Below are positions 44,347 to 53,893 of a stretch of 64,000 bases of DNA, piece by piece. Under the pieces are notes generated by a model. It made no database searches. It worked only from the letters and a program-made list of their open reading frames with translations, and was not told the DNA's origin. How positions within the stretch are numbered: position 1 is the stretch's first letter; each line of letters begins with the position of its first letter. Origin of the DNA: Dehalococcoidia bacterium (GTDB taxonomy: Bacteria; Chloroflexota; Dehalococcoidia; Lucifugimonadales; QGNO01); assembly GCA_965116555.1 (NCBI GenBank), contig OZ220698.1, positions 984,709-1,048,708 on the forward strand, written 5' to 3'. Both the position numbers and the translations under genes were made by a program.

Positions 44347-45351
44347 TTATTCCCTGAGAGCCAGCCAGGCCGCAATAGACCTCAGGTTCGCCACGCTGCC
44401 TGCCCCAGATTCCTCCAAACCGGCAACCGCCTGGCTGTACAGCTCATGAACCTTGGCTACAGCGGCATCGCGGGCGTTCAGTCCGTCTAATACACCTACC
44501 AGATGCTCCAGATCCGGCGGTTCCAGAACGCGCTTTAGGAACAACGTCCCAAGGTCTCGTTTCAAGCTTATTGCCGCCTGGTCCAGGGCGTAGAGAACCG
44601 GGTAGCCCTTCTTCTTGTTCAGCAGGTCAGCGCCCCTTGGCCTGCCGGAAATAGGCTCGCCCCAAAGCATCTGTATATCCTCCTGAATCTGAAAGGCTAC
44701 GCCTATTTCCTCACCGAACTCTCTGAAAGCCCTACCCTGCTCCTTGGAGGCCCCTCCGCACAAAGCGCCCAGCTCCAGGGCAGCCCCCATGAGCGCGCCA
44801 ACCTTTTCCCGCGCCGTTTCAAGATACGCCTCCGGCAGGATATCCACCCTTTCCTGGTACACCATATCTTGGTGCAATCCCTCCAACATACGCAATGACG
44901 CTTTGTCCAAAATGTTGACCATACTAAGGATTTCCTGCGGGGGCATACGCCCTTCCAGAAGCTGCATTAGTAGCAGTCTGGCCAGGGCATGGAAACCGTC
45001 ACCGGCATTTATTGCCTGCGCGGGACCCCAGACCCACCACAGGGTGTCGCGACCGTTCCGTTCCGGAATCCCGTCCTGTATGTCGGAGTGGACTTGGACG
45101 AACTGGTGGAGCATCTCCACGGCCACGCCTGCCGGGGCCGCTTGTTCTACGGTGCCGCCAACGGCCTCACAGGCCGCCAGGGCCAGGCTGGCGTGCAGCC
45201 TTGTCTGAGCAAACGGCGAGGGCGCTTCCAAGCCGGACTCGTCAAGCCAGCCCAGTTGATAACCCATGAGCCGGTACAGCGGAAAGCTATTCTCGGAGAA
45301 CAGATCTCGGAGCGCCCGGTCGGCCTGGGATGAGTAAAGCTCGAGCACCAT
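44347..45351 (-). CDS. Polyprenyl-synthase-fold protein with degenerate Asp-rich motifs
   Basis: trans-IPPS landmarks AINAGD and KKKGYP are present, but FARM reads HSDIQD..RNG and SARM reads FQIQEDIQM. ATG 45351 overlaps the tsaC stop (TGATG); 45369 is an alternative start. Confidence 0.6.
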   Translation of the reverse strand: MVLELYSSQADRALRDLFSENSFPLYRLMGYQLGWLDESGLEAPSPFAQTRLHASLALAACEAVGGTVEQAAPAGVAVEMLHQFVQVHSDIQDGIPERNGRDTLWWVWGPAQAINAGDGFHALARLLLMQLLEGRMPPQEILSMVNILDKASLRMLEGLHQDMVYQERVDILPEAYLETAREKVGALMGAALELGALCGGASKEQGRAFREFGEEIGVAFQIQEDIQMLWGEPISGRPRGADLLNKKKGYPVLYALDQAAISLKRDLGTLFLKRVLEPPDLEHLVGVLDGLNARDAAVAKVHELYSQAVAGLEESGAGSVANLRSIAAWLALRE

Positions 45352-46013
45352 CACTGCACGCCCGGGCAAACTGCTTGGATTTCCTCAAGCGAGATAGCGC
45401 CCGGCCTGAGGACTCTGGGTTCGGGACCGGTTAAATCGAGGATCGTAGACTGGATGCCCAGCGAGGGCGAGCCGTCTATCACCAAGTCGACTGCGCCGTC
45501 TAGCTGCTCCCTCACCTGTACGGCGAAAGAAGCGGGCACGGCGCCGCTGCGGTTGGCGCTCGTCCCTATGATGGGCCCGCCCACTCCCTCGGAAAGAGCG
45601 CGCGGCACCGGATGATTGGGAACTCGCACCGCCACCGAGGAGCGGCCGCCGGTTACCAGGTCGGACACCGCCGCCGATTTGGTCATCACCAGGGTCAAAG
45701 CGCCCGGCCAGAAACGCTCCATCAACGCCGTAGCCGTTGCATCCACCTCTTTTACTATCGGAGCCAGCATCTCTGCCCGGGACAACAGCAGCGGCAAGCC
45801 CATGGACTCAGCCCTGCCCTTAGCGTCGATCACTCGCTGAACGGACGCGTCGTCCAACAGACCGGCGCCCAAGCCGTAGACCGTATCGGTGGGATAGGCG
45901 ACAACGCCGCCTTTGCGTAGGACCTCTATCCCCTGCTCTACTTCACGTACGACCGTGGAAGCAAGCGATTCAAGAAATCTGTTTGTCGAATGGCCCAGAA
46001 GAAACCCCGTCAT
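45351..46013 (-). CDS. tsaC: L-threonylcarbamoyladenylate synthase (YrdC/Sua5/TsaC family)
   Basis: GGVVAYPTDTVYGLGA, ..PLLLS.., ..SANRSG... 220 aa, single-domain form. Confidence 0.85.
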   Translation of the reverse strand: MTGFLLGHSTNRFLESLASTVVREVEQGIEVLRKGGVVAYPTDTVYGLGAGLLDDASVQRVIDAKGRAESMGLPLLLSRAEMLAPIVKEVDATATALMERFWPGALTLVMTKSAAVSDLVTGGRSSVAVRVPNHPVPRALSEGVGGPIIGTSANRSGAVPASFAVQVREQLDGAVDLVIDGSPSLGIQSTILDLTGPEPRVLRPGAISLEEIQAVCPGVQ

Positions 46014-46106
46014 TACTGTTCCTGAACTGCCTTGACCGAGTATAGCACAGGTGTTACGCTCAATTTAGTCTGTATTGGTCCTAACAACGGAGGGTTGGAC
46101 CTAGAC

Positions 46107-47768
46107 ATGGAACAAGAAATTCCGCCTTCTCGACGGGTATCCACCAGTGACGACGTAGAGGTCTCCACCTACCTGGAGATTGCTGAAGAGAAGCGAGGAC
46201 AACAGCCTCTTCCTGGAGAAGCGCCGCAAATACAGGAGGAGGCTGTTGTCATTATAGACTTCGGCTCACAATACAGCAGGCTGATTGCGCGTAGAGTGCG
46301 GGAGTGCCGCGTCTACTGCGAGATAGTGTCGCACAACGCTGAGTGGGACGACGTCCGCAAGATCAACCCAAAGGGAGTCATCCTTTCCGGCGGGCCCGCC
46401 AGCGTTTATGAGGAAGGCGCGCCGCTTGCCCCGCTGTGGGTATACGACAGCGGCCTGCCCGTACTGGGCATCTGCTACGGGATGCAGGTGCTCACTCACC
46501 AGCTGGGCGGCAAGGTGGTACAGGCAACGGAGCGTGAGTACGGCCATGCCGTCCTGCACCAGAACGTTCCCAACTCGCTCTTTGCCAACATGCCTCCAAG
46601 CATGCCCGTATGGATGAGCCACGGAGACCAGATAGCGGAACTGCCGCCGGGTTTCAGTTCCCTGGCATATACAGACAACTCCCCCGTGGCCGTCATGGGC
46701 AGCGACAGCATAATTGGCCTGCAGTTCCATCCCGAAGTGGTGCACACGCCGCAAGGAAAAGACCTGCTGGCCAACTTTCTGCATGAAATCTGCGGCTGCC
46801 AGGGCTTGTGGACACCCGAGAACTTCGTAACCCGCTCCATAGAACGCATCAAGGAGCAGGTGGGCGACGGCAAAGTCATCTGCGCCCTCTCCGGAGGTGT
46901 CGACTCGGCTGTGGCCGCGGTTCTGCTTCATAGAGCCGTGGGCAACCAGCTCACCTGCATCTTCGTCAACAACGGACTCATGCGCCGTGAAGAGCCCGAA
47001 CGCGTCCTGAAGGTGTTCGAAAGGAACCTGGGCCTCAACCTCATCTTCGTGGACGCGGAGGAGCGCTTTCTCGACAAGCTGGCCGGAGTAACCGACCCTG
47101 AAAGAAAGCGCCACGTCATAGGCGAAGAGTTCATACACGTCTTTGAGGACGTAGCCGCTGAACGGCTGGGCGAGGTGCAGTTCCTTGCCCAGGGGACCCT
47201 CTACCCGGACGTCATAGAAAGCCAGACGGACGAAAACGCCGCCTCGGCAAAGATAAAAACGCATCACAACGTGGGCGGGCTGCCTTCCACCATGGCCCTT
47301 GAGCTGGTAGAGCCCTTGAGATACCTGTTCAAAGATGAGGTCAGGGAGGCCGGTCTGAGCTTGGAACTGCCCGAAGAGATGGTGCATCGCCAGCCCTTCC
47401 CAGGCCCCGGTCTGGCCATACGCATACTGGGTGAGGTTACCAAGGAGAAACTGGAGGTACTGCGGGCCTGCGATTGGATAGTGATGGACGAGATCAAGGG
47501 GGCAAATCTATACAGGGAACTCTGGCAGAGCTTTGCCGTACTCACCGACGCGCGCAGCGTTGGCGTCATGGGCGATTTCAGGACGTACGGATACGCCGTA
47601 GCCGTACGCGCCGTGACCAGCCAGGACGCCATGACCGCAGACTGGGCCAGGCTTCCCTATGAAGTCCTTGCCAAGATATCCAACCGCATCGTGAATGAAG
47701 TGCCCCAGGTGAACCGCGTGGTGTACGACATAACCAGCAAACCGCCCGGAACGATCGAGTGGGAGTGA
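46107..47768 (+). CDS. guaA: GMP synthase (glutamine-hydrolysing)
   Basis: GATase domain ([25 protein letters not shown]) and ATP-PPase (SGGVDSAV). ATG 46107 has GGAGGG 11 nt upstream. The track TTG 46032 coincides with a TTGACC -35-like hexamer. Confidence 0.9.
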   Translation: MEQEIPPSRRVSTSDDVEVSTYLEIAEEKRGQQPLPGEAPQIQEEAVVIIDFGSQYSRLIARRVRECRVYCEIVSHNAEWDDVRKINPKGVILSGGPASVYEEGAPLAPLWVYDSGLPVLGICYGMQVLTHQLGGKVVQATEREYGHAVLHQNVPNSLFANMPPSMPVWMSHGDQIAELPPGFSSLAYTDNSPVAVMGSDSIIGLQFHPEVVHTPQGKDLLANFLHEICGCQGLWTPENFVTRSIERIKEQVGDGKVICALSGGVDSAVAAVLLHRAVGNQLTCIFVNNGLMRREEPERVLKVFERNLGLNLIFVDAEERFLDKLAGVTDPERKRHVIGEEFIHVFEDVAAERLGEVQFLAQGTLYPDVIESQTDENAASAKIKTHHNVGGLPSTMALELVEPLRYLFKDEVREAGLSLELPEEMVHRQPFPGPGLAIRILGEVTKEKLEVLRACDWIVMDEIKGANLYRELWQSFAVLTDARSVGVMGDFRTYGYAVAVRAVTSQDAMTADWARLPYEVLAKISNRIVNEVPQVNRVVYDITSKPPGTIEWE

Positions 47769-49051
47769 TGAAGCTACTCGTCATTGGAAACGGCGCCCGC
47801 GAGCACGCTATCGCTTGGAAGCTAAGGCAGAGTCCGCAGGTTGATGAGATCCTCATCGCCCCGGGCAACGCCGGTACGGTGCGGCTGGGCGTCAACCTAC
47901 CCGTGCAGGCAACGGACGCGGCGGGTCTGCTGGAAGCCGCCAAACTGCACGGCGTAGACCTCACCGTCGTCGGGCCGGAAGCGCCGCTTCAAGTGGGGGT
48001 CGTAGACCTGTTCCAGAAAAACGGCCTGGCCATTGCGGGGCCTACGCAGGCGGCGGCTCGACTGGAAACCAGCAAGGCGTTCGCCAAGGAGTTCATGAAG
48101 CGGCACAACATCCCATGCGCTCAGAGCGTCACTTTCGACTCCTACCCTGAAGCGCAGCGATTCCTGGATAATCGCGGCGCGCCGATAGTGATAAAGGCCG
48201 ACGGGCTTGCCGCCGGCAAGGGCGTGGTGGTGGCTGCCAGCAAGGATGCGGCTTCATCCGCGCTGGACGATTTCATGAACCGGCGTACGCTGGGAGACTC
48301 CGGAGCCACCGTGGTCATAGAAGAGTTCCTGGAAGGCCGAGAGGTAAGCGTCTTTGCTTTCAGCGATGGAGAGCGCATATCGCCACTGGTGTCGGCCTGT
48401 GATTACAAGAGAGCGTACGATGGCGATGTGGGGCCCAACACCGGCGGCATGGGCAGCTACAGCCCCGCCGAGTTCTGGACGGCGGAGCTTGCCGAGGACA
48501 TAGAAAAACGGGTGTTCCTGCCCGCCATAGAGGGGATGGCAACCGAAGGCCATCCCTACCGGGGCGCTCTGTACGGAGGGCTGGCCATTACCGAAGACGG
48601 CCCGAAGGTCATAGAGTTCAACGCCAGGCTGGGAGACCCGGAGGCACAGGTGGTCCTGCCCAAGCTGGATACTGACCTGGTCGAGATAATGCAGGCCATA
48701 GCTGAAGGCAACCTATCTGAAACGCAAATTCGCTGGAACGACCGCTCTTGCGTCGCGGTAGCCGTGGCATCCGGGGGATATCCGGTGAGCTACGAGACCG
48801 GCTATGAAATCGAAGGCATCGCAAGCTCGGAGGAGACCGCGCTGGTCTTCCACGCCGGGACCAGGCTGGACAACGGCAACGTGCTCACCGACGGCGGCCG
48901 TGTGCTGACGGTGGTGGGCCAAGGCGGCGACTTGGCGGAAGCGCGCCAGAGAGCTTACGACGCCGTTAAGCACATACGGTTCCAAGGCGGCTTCTATCGC
49001 AGCGACATCGCCGACCGGCCCGCCGGGATAGTGGCTGCATCGGGCACTTAA
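47768..49051 (+). CDS. purD: Phosphoribosylamine-glycine ligase
   Basis: [19 protein letters not shown] and ATP-grasp motifs. ATG 47768 overlaps the guaA stop. Confidence 0.95.
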   Translation: MKLLVIGNGAREHAIAWKLRQSPQVDEILIAPGNAGTVRLGVNLPVQATDAAGLLEAAKLHGVDLTVVGPEAPLQVGVVDLFQKNGLAIAGPTQAAARLETSKAFAKEFMKRHNIPCAQSVTFDSYPEAQRFLDNRGAPIVIKADGLAAGKGVVVAASKDAASSALDDFMNRRTLGDSGATVVIEEFLEGREVSVFAFSDGERISPLVSACDYKRAYDGDVGPNTGGMGSYSPAEFWTAELAEDIEKRVFLPAIEGMATEGHPYRGALYGGLAITEDGPKVIEFNARLGDPEAQVVLPKLDTDLVEIMQAIAEGNLSETQIRWNDRSCVAVAVASGGYPVSYETGYEIEGIASSEETALVFHAGTRLDNGNVLTDGGRVLTVVGQGGDLAEARQRAYDAVKHIRFQGGFYRSDIADRPAGIVAASGT

Positions 49052-49078
49052 AAGAGATCTCAAATTTGGAGGGTAGAC

Positions 49079-49537
49079 ATGCCTCTTGTGGGCGTAATTG
49101 TAGGCAGCAGAACGGACGAACCGCTGGTTCAAGATACCCTGGGTGTCTTAGACGACCTTGGCATAAGCCATGAATTCAACGCTATATCGGCGCACCGCGC
49201 GCCTCAGAAAGTCGCTGATTACGCAAAATCGGCAGTGGAGCGCGGCGTAGAGGTGATCATCGCCGGCGCCGGAGGAGCGGCTGCCCTACCCGGCACGGTG
49301 GCGGCCTGGACAGACCTGCCGGTCATCGGCATACCACTGCCCACCAGCGAACTGAACGGCGTGGATGCCCTGCACTCCATTGTTCAGATGCCGCCCGGAG
49401 TGCCCGTGGGGTGCGTGGCCGTGGGAAGCTGGGGAGCGCGCAATGCCGCGTATCTGGCCGCCGGCATCCTTAGCCTCAAGTATGATAAAATACGCCAGGC
49501 TTACGCTGCTTATCGTGAACGACTTCGGGAGGGATAA
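49079..49537 (+). CDS. purE: N5-carboxyaminoimidazole ribonucleotide mutase
   Basis: VGVIVGSRTD, SAHRAP and GAGGAAALPG..PVIGIP. Confidence 0.9.
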   Translation: MPLVGVIVGSRTDEPLVQDTLGVLDDLGISHEFNAISAHRAPQKVADYAKSAVERGVEVIIAGAGGAAALPGTVAAWTDLPVIGIPLPTSELNGVDALHSIVQMPPGVPVGCVAVGSWGARNAAYLAAGILSLKYDKIRQAYAAYRERLREG

Positions 49538-49543
49538 TCGCGG

Positions 49544-50266
49544 TTGGCAATTCAAGGTCTTCCCAAGGCCCTGCTAGTGGACCTGGACGACACCATCCTT
49601 GCTTTTGATAGTGTGGCCGGCGAGTGCTGGCAGAGCATCTGCAATCGATTCGTCTCTCAGTTGGAGATAGATTCCCCACAGAAGCTTTATTCGGCGATCA
49701 TGAGTGAACGCTCCTGGTTTTGGAGCGACCCGGAACGGCATCGCTGGGGAAGACTCAACCAGCTTCTTGCAGGACGGAAAATCGTACAGATGGCGCTGCT
49801 CCGGTTCGGCATTGACGATACCGACGTGGCTCAGCAAATATCGGATGCCTACCGAGTGGAACGAGAAGAAGCCGTCGCCCCGTTCCCCGGAGCCGTGGAA
49901 ACGCTGACCGAGATGCGCGCCAGGGGTGTGCGACTGGGACTGATCACCAACGGCGCTGCTTCAACCCAGCAGGCCAAGATACAGAGGTTCAACCTGGCGC
50001 CGCTGTTCGGCTCCATTGTGATCGAAGGGGAGTTCGGCGTAGGTAAACCGGATGAGCGCGTCTTCAGGCACTCGCTGGATGTCCTGGGCGTGCCTGTTGA
50101 ACAGTCGTGGATGGTGGGAGACAACCTGGAGTGGGACGTCCAAGGAGCGCAAAGGGTCGGCATCACTGGCATATGGAATGACTGGAAAGGCGACGGTCTG
50201 CCGGAAGGCTCCTCTGCCCTACCCGACCGCACAATCCGCTCCCTGAGTGAGCTGCTGCAACCATGA
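49544..50266 (+). CDS. HAD-superfamily hydrolase
   Basis: Motif I LVDLDDTIL, then LGLITNG and GDNLEWDVQGA. Confidence 0.7.
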   Translation: MAIQGLPKALLVDLDDTILAFDSVAGECWQSICNRFVSQLEIDSPQKLYSAIMSERSWFWSDPERHRWGRLNQLLAGRKIVQMALLRFGIDDTDVAQQISDAYRVEREEAVAPFPGAVETLTEMRARGVRLGLITNGAASTQQAKIQRFNLAPLFGSIVIEGEFGVGKPDERVFRHSLDVLGVPVEQSWMVGDNLEWDVQGAQRVGITGIWNDWKGDGLPEGSSALPDRTIRSLSELLQP

Positions 50267-50919
50267 AACTAGCCATCCTCAGTGATTTCGACGATACCGC
50301 CGCTCAACAGAACGTGGCCCACTTGGTGCTGGACCGGTTCAGTAAGGAGGACTGGCGGCCACTCCTAGAACAGTTCCACCAGGGCACCATCAAGCCCAGG
50401 GACTATTTCGAGATGCCGTTTAGGCCCATTACGGCCTCCAAGCACGATATGCAGGCCTACGTCCGGGAAAAGGCCCGCCTCCGGCCCGGTTTCACGGAGC
50501 TGGCGGATTTCTGTAGATCCGGCGGTATTGAGCTGGCTGTGGTGACCTACGGGCTGGATTTCTACGTAGAGGCGCTGTTGGAGAGCGCCAACCTTCAACG
50601 GCTGCCTACCTATGCCGTAGGCGCCAAGTTCTCAGACCGGGGCATGGATTTTGAATACAGATACACGCGGGAGAGTTGCACGGAATGGGGCAACTGCAAG
50701 TGCTCCGTTGTCGACGGCTACCGTGAGCGCGGGTATAAGGTGTACTACGCGGGCGACGGCATGTCAGATTATTGTCCGGCAAGGCGGGCGGACTTCGTCT
50801 TTGCCACATCGCGGCTTCTGGACATGTGCCTCAAGGAGAGCTTGCCCAATAGAGAGCTGCGGGACTTCTTCGACGTGATCGACTATCTGAAGCAACACGC
50901 CAACGGGAGAAGTGCATGA
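50263..50919 (+). CDS. HAD-IB phosphatase (MtnX-like)
   Basis: Motif I ILSDFDDTA, a Cys-containing cap (CTEWGNCKC) and YAGDGMSDYCPA. Confidence 0.6.
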   Translation: MKLAILSDFDDTAAQQNVAHLVLDRFSKEDWRPLLEQFHQGTIKPRDYFEMPFRPITASKHDMQAYVREKARLRPGFTELADFCRSGGIELAVVTYGLDFYVEALLESANLQRLPTYAVGAKFSDRGMDFEYRYTRESCTEWGNCKCSVVDGYRERGYKVYYAGDGMSDYCPARRADFVFATSRLLDMCLKESLPNRELRDFFDVIDYLKQHANGRSA

Positions 50920-52208
50920 TCGATCGCTACTCCAGGCCAAAGATGAAAAAGGTATGGTCTGATGAGAACAAATACGATAAGTGGCTTGCCATAGAGCTGG
51001 CGGTGTGTGAAGCCTGGACGGAAGCCGGTGTCATCCCGCAGGATGACATGGCCAAGCTGAGGCACGCCACCTATGACCCCGTTCGTTTGGACGAGATATT
51101 CCAGCGCACGCGCCATGACATGACCGCCTTCACCCGCTCCATTACGGAAAACCTGGGCGAAGAGGGCCGCTGGATCCACCTGGGACTCACCTCAAGCGAC
51201 GTATTGGACACGTCCCAGAGCCTTCAGCTGTTGGAGGCGGCTGACCTCCTACTGGAAGAGGTGGAAGCCCTCCGGGGGACTTTGAAAGCCCGCGCCAAAG
51301 AGCACAAGGACACCCTTATGATGGGTCGTACACATGGCATTCATGCGGAGCCTATCACCTTCGGGCTGAAGCTTGCCCTGTGGTGGGACGAAATGAACCG
51401 TCACCATGAGCGCCTGCAGATAGCCAGAAAACAGATGGCCGTGGGCAAGATATCGGGAGCCGTGGGCACCCATGCCACCGTCCCGCCCTCCGTGGAAGAG
51501 AGCGTATGTCATAGACTTGGCCTTGAGGTGGCTCCCATATCCAGCCAGATTATCCAACGCGACAGATACGCCCACTTTGTGTCCGCTCTGGCTTTGATAG
51601 CCGCATCTTTGGAGAAATTCGCCACTGAGATAAGGTCCTTGCAGCGTACGGAGGTGCGGGAAGTCGAGGAGCCTTTTGGCGAAGGGCAGACCGGCTCATC
51701 CGCCATGCCTCACAAGCGCAATCCGGAGCTCTCGGAAAGGGTCTGCGGGTTGGCCCGTCTCATAAGGGGCCACTCCGTGACCGCGCTGGAAAACGTCGCG
51801 CTCTGGCACGAACGCGACATCAGCCATTCATCCGCGGAGCGCATCATACTGCCCGATGCATCTCTGGCCCTGGACTACATATTGAGCTTGTTCAATCACG
51901 TCATGCAGGGGCTTCGAGTATACCCTGACCGGATGATGGAGAACATCGAATCCACCAGGGGTGTTATATTCTCTCAACGCGTCATGTTGGGCCTTGTGGA
52001 ACAGGGCGGCCTCAGCCGCGAGAAGGCGTACGAAATCGTGCAGAGAAACGCCATGCGCTCCTGGGACGAAGGGCTGGACTTCCGTAAACTGGTTAGAGAG
52101 GAGCAAGAGGTCGTCTCCGCCGTGCCGGGGCGGGCGCTTGACGAATTCTTTGACTACGGCTACTACGTGCGCTACGTTGATGAGACGTTCCAGCGAGCAG
52201 GCCTCTGA
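50916..52208 (+). CDS. purB: Adenylosuccinate lyase
   Basis: MIDRYSRPKM and the fumarate-lyase signature GSSAMPHKRNP. Confidence 0.95.
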   Translation: MIDRYSRPKMKKVWSDENKYDKWLAIELAVCEAWTEAGVIPQDDMAKLRHATYDPVRLDEIFQRTRHDMTAFTRSITENLGEEGRWIHLGLTSSDVLDTSQSLQLLEAADLLLEEVEALRGTLKARAKEHKDTLMMGRTHGIHAEPITFGLKLALWWDEMNRHHERLQIARKQMAVGKISGAVGTHATVPPSVEESVCHRLGLEVAPISSQIIQRDRYAHFVSALALIAASLEKFATEIRSLQRTEVREVEEPFGEGQTGSSAMPHKRNPELSERVCGLARLIRGHSVTALENVALWHERDISHSSAERIILPDASLALDYILSLFNHVMQGLRVYPDRMMENIESTRGVIFSQRVMLGLVEQGGLSREKAYEIVQRNAMRSWDEGLDFRKLVREEQEVVSAVPGRALDEFFDYGYYVRYVDETFQRAGL

Positions 52209-52293
52209 GGACGCATTGAAACAAACCAAAGATACATGGAAATCTACGCTAGACTGACCGGAGAGTAGATAGCGCAGTTGTAAGGAGAGACGA

Positions 52294-52971
52294 TTGGCAA
52301 GAGAGAGAGAACGACGTCGCACCGCCATGCGGCGCGGAGAAATGCGCACCGCCCGCAGAGAACGGCAGGAAGGGAAGAAGAAGCGGCGCAGGATCCTATA
52401 CTTCCTGGGCTCCGGGATATTCGCCGTTGCCATTATAGTGGGGCTATTCGTTCCTTCTTTCCCCGGCGCGGGGATCGGCACGGGGAGCGGGGCTACCAGC
52501 TACGCAGATGGTATAGGGGTTCCTCAAGCCTTGATGCCCACCGTCTTTCACGTAACTGAGACCGTTGACTACAGCACTGTGCCACCCACGTCCGGCGACC
52601 ACTCGCCGATTACAACACAGTGTGGGTTCTACGAGAATGAAGTCCTGGACGAGATAGTGGTGCACAACATGGAGCACGGCAACATAGTAATGAGCTACAA
52701 TCTCACCAACAGCGCCGACATAGAACGGCTGCGAGAGGTCCACAACAACTTGAACGGGAATGACGAATGGCTGGTGACCCGGTTCTACCCCGATATACCT
52801 GAGGGAACCGTTGCCCTCACCGCCTGGGGAGTACTGGACGAGTTCCAGGGAGTAGACGAAGACCGCATAGAGCGCTTCTACGAGGCATACAAAGGCAACC
52901 TGTTCACTGAAGAGACGAGAGGCCTGGGGCGCGGCATCCCCTGCACCAGCTCAGCGCGAATGGACCGATAG
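52294..52971 (+). CDS. DUF3105-domain membrane-anchored protein
   Basis: Arg/Lys-rich N-terminus, one TM, and TSGDH...HNMEHGNIVMSYN, typical of DUF3105. Confidence 0.65.
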   Translation: MARERERRRTAMRRGEMRTARRERQEGKKKRRRILYFLGSGIFAVAIIVGLFVPSFPGAGIGTGSGATSYADGIGVPQALMPTVFHVTETVDYSTVPPTSGDHSPITTQCGFYENEVLDEIVVHNMEHGNIVMSYNLTNSADIERLREVHNNLNGNDEWLVTRFYPDIPEGTVALTAWGVLDEFQGVDEDRIERFYEAYKGNLFTEETRGLGRGIPCTSSARMDR

Positions 52972-52973
52972 TC

Positions 52974-53222
52974 TTGTACGTCGCAAAGGTCTACGTCACC
53001 CTCAAGCCAACGGTCAACGATCCCCAGGGCCGCACAATCATGGGCGGCCTGAAAAGCCTGGGCTTTGAATCGGTAGCCGACGTCCGGGCCGGTAAGTACC
53101 TGGAGATCAAGGTCCAGGAAACGGACAAGGCGGCAGCGGAGCGCCAGGTAAGCGAGATGTGCGACAAGCTCCTGGCCAATCCGGTGATAGAAGAGTACCG
53201 GTTTGAGCTGACTGAAGCCTAG
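52974..53222 (+). CDS. purS: Phosphoribosylformylglycinamidine synthase subunit PurS
   Basis: 82 aa, with VYVTLKPTVNDPQGRTIMGGLKSLGF. Confidence 0.9.
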   Translation: MYVAKVYVTLKPTVNDPQGRTIMGGLKSLGFESVADVRAGKYLEIKVQETDKAAAERQVSEMCDKLLANPVIEEYRFELTEA

Positions 53223-53232
53223 CTGACCGGCC

Positions 53233-53856
53233 TCAGCCCGATATCGTCCCCTTGGTGCTGGGTATCGACCCGGCAACCCTGGGATCCGGCTCCAGAGCGG
53301 CCCGCAGGGAGCGCCCCAACGCCTTGAACAACGCCTCGGCTTTGTGGTGCGGGTCCACACCCGCCAGGATGCTGGCGTGGATGTTTATCCCGCCCTCGAT
53401 GGCAAAGCTCTGGAAGAAGTGGCCGACGAGCTCGCCGGGTATATTGCCGAACCGGGCGCCTTCAAGCTGAGTATCGACCACGGCGTATCCCCTACCCCCC
53501 ACGTCAACCACCACTCGAGCAAGCGCCTCATCCAACGGCACCAATGCGAACCCCATGCGCCGAATGCCCTTGCCTTCGCCAATGGCCTGCCGCAGGGCGC
53601 GACCGGCCGCTATGGCGACGTCCTCTATCAGGTGATGAGCGTCCGGAAGGTCATCGCCTTTAGCTGATATCACGGCGTCTATCAAGCCGTGCCTGGAGAG
53701 TTGCGCCAGCATGTGATCGAACATCGGCTGGCCGGTGTCTATGGAATACTGTCCCGTCCCATCTATGCCCAGCTCTATGCTGATCTTGGTCTCCCCCGTT
53801 TCCCTGCTGACGACGCCGCGCCGGGAAGTAGCCGAGATGTCCTTGTCTTTTTCCAT
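53233..53856 (-). CDS. hisB: Imidazoleglycerol-phosphate dehydratase
   Basis: RETGETKISIEL, FDHML, the GDDLPDAHHLIED region and HHKAEALFKALG. ATG 53856 has AGGAG 8 nt upstream. The track start at 54081 lies inside hisC. Confidence 0.9.
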   Translation of the reverse strand: MEKDKDISATSRRGVVSRETGETKISIELGIDGTGQYSIDTGQPMFDHMLAQLSRHGLIDAVISAKGDDLPDAHHLIEDVAIAAGRALRQAIGEGKGIRRMGFALVPLDEALARVVVDVGGRGYAVVDTQLEGARFGNIPGELVGHFFQSFAIEGGINIHASILAGVDPHHKAEALFKALGRSLRAALEPDPRVAGSIPSTKGTISG

Positions 53857-53893
53857 ATCACATGCTCCTGAGGCCATTGTTGCCTTTAGCTCT

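Noticed and set aside
46266-47387. 373-aa ORF on the minus strand
   Set aside because: Antisense to guaA. Shadow ORF.
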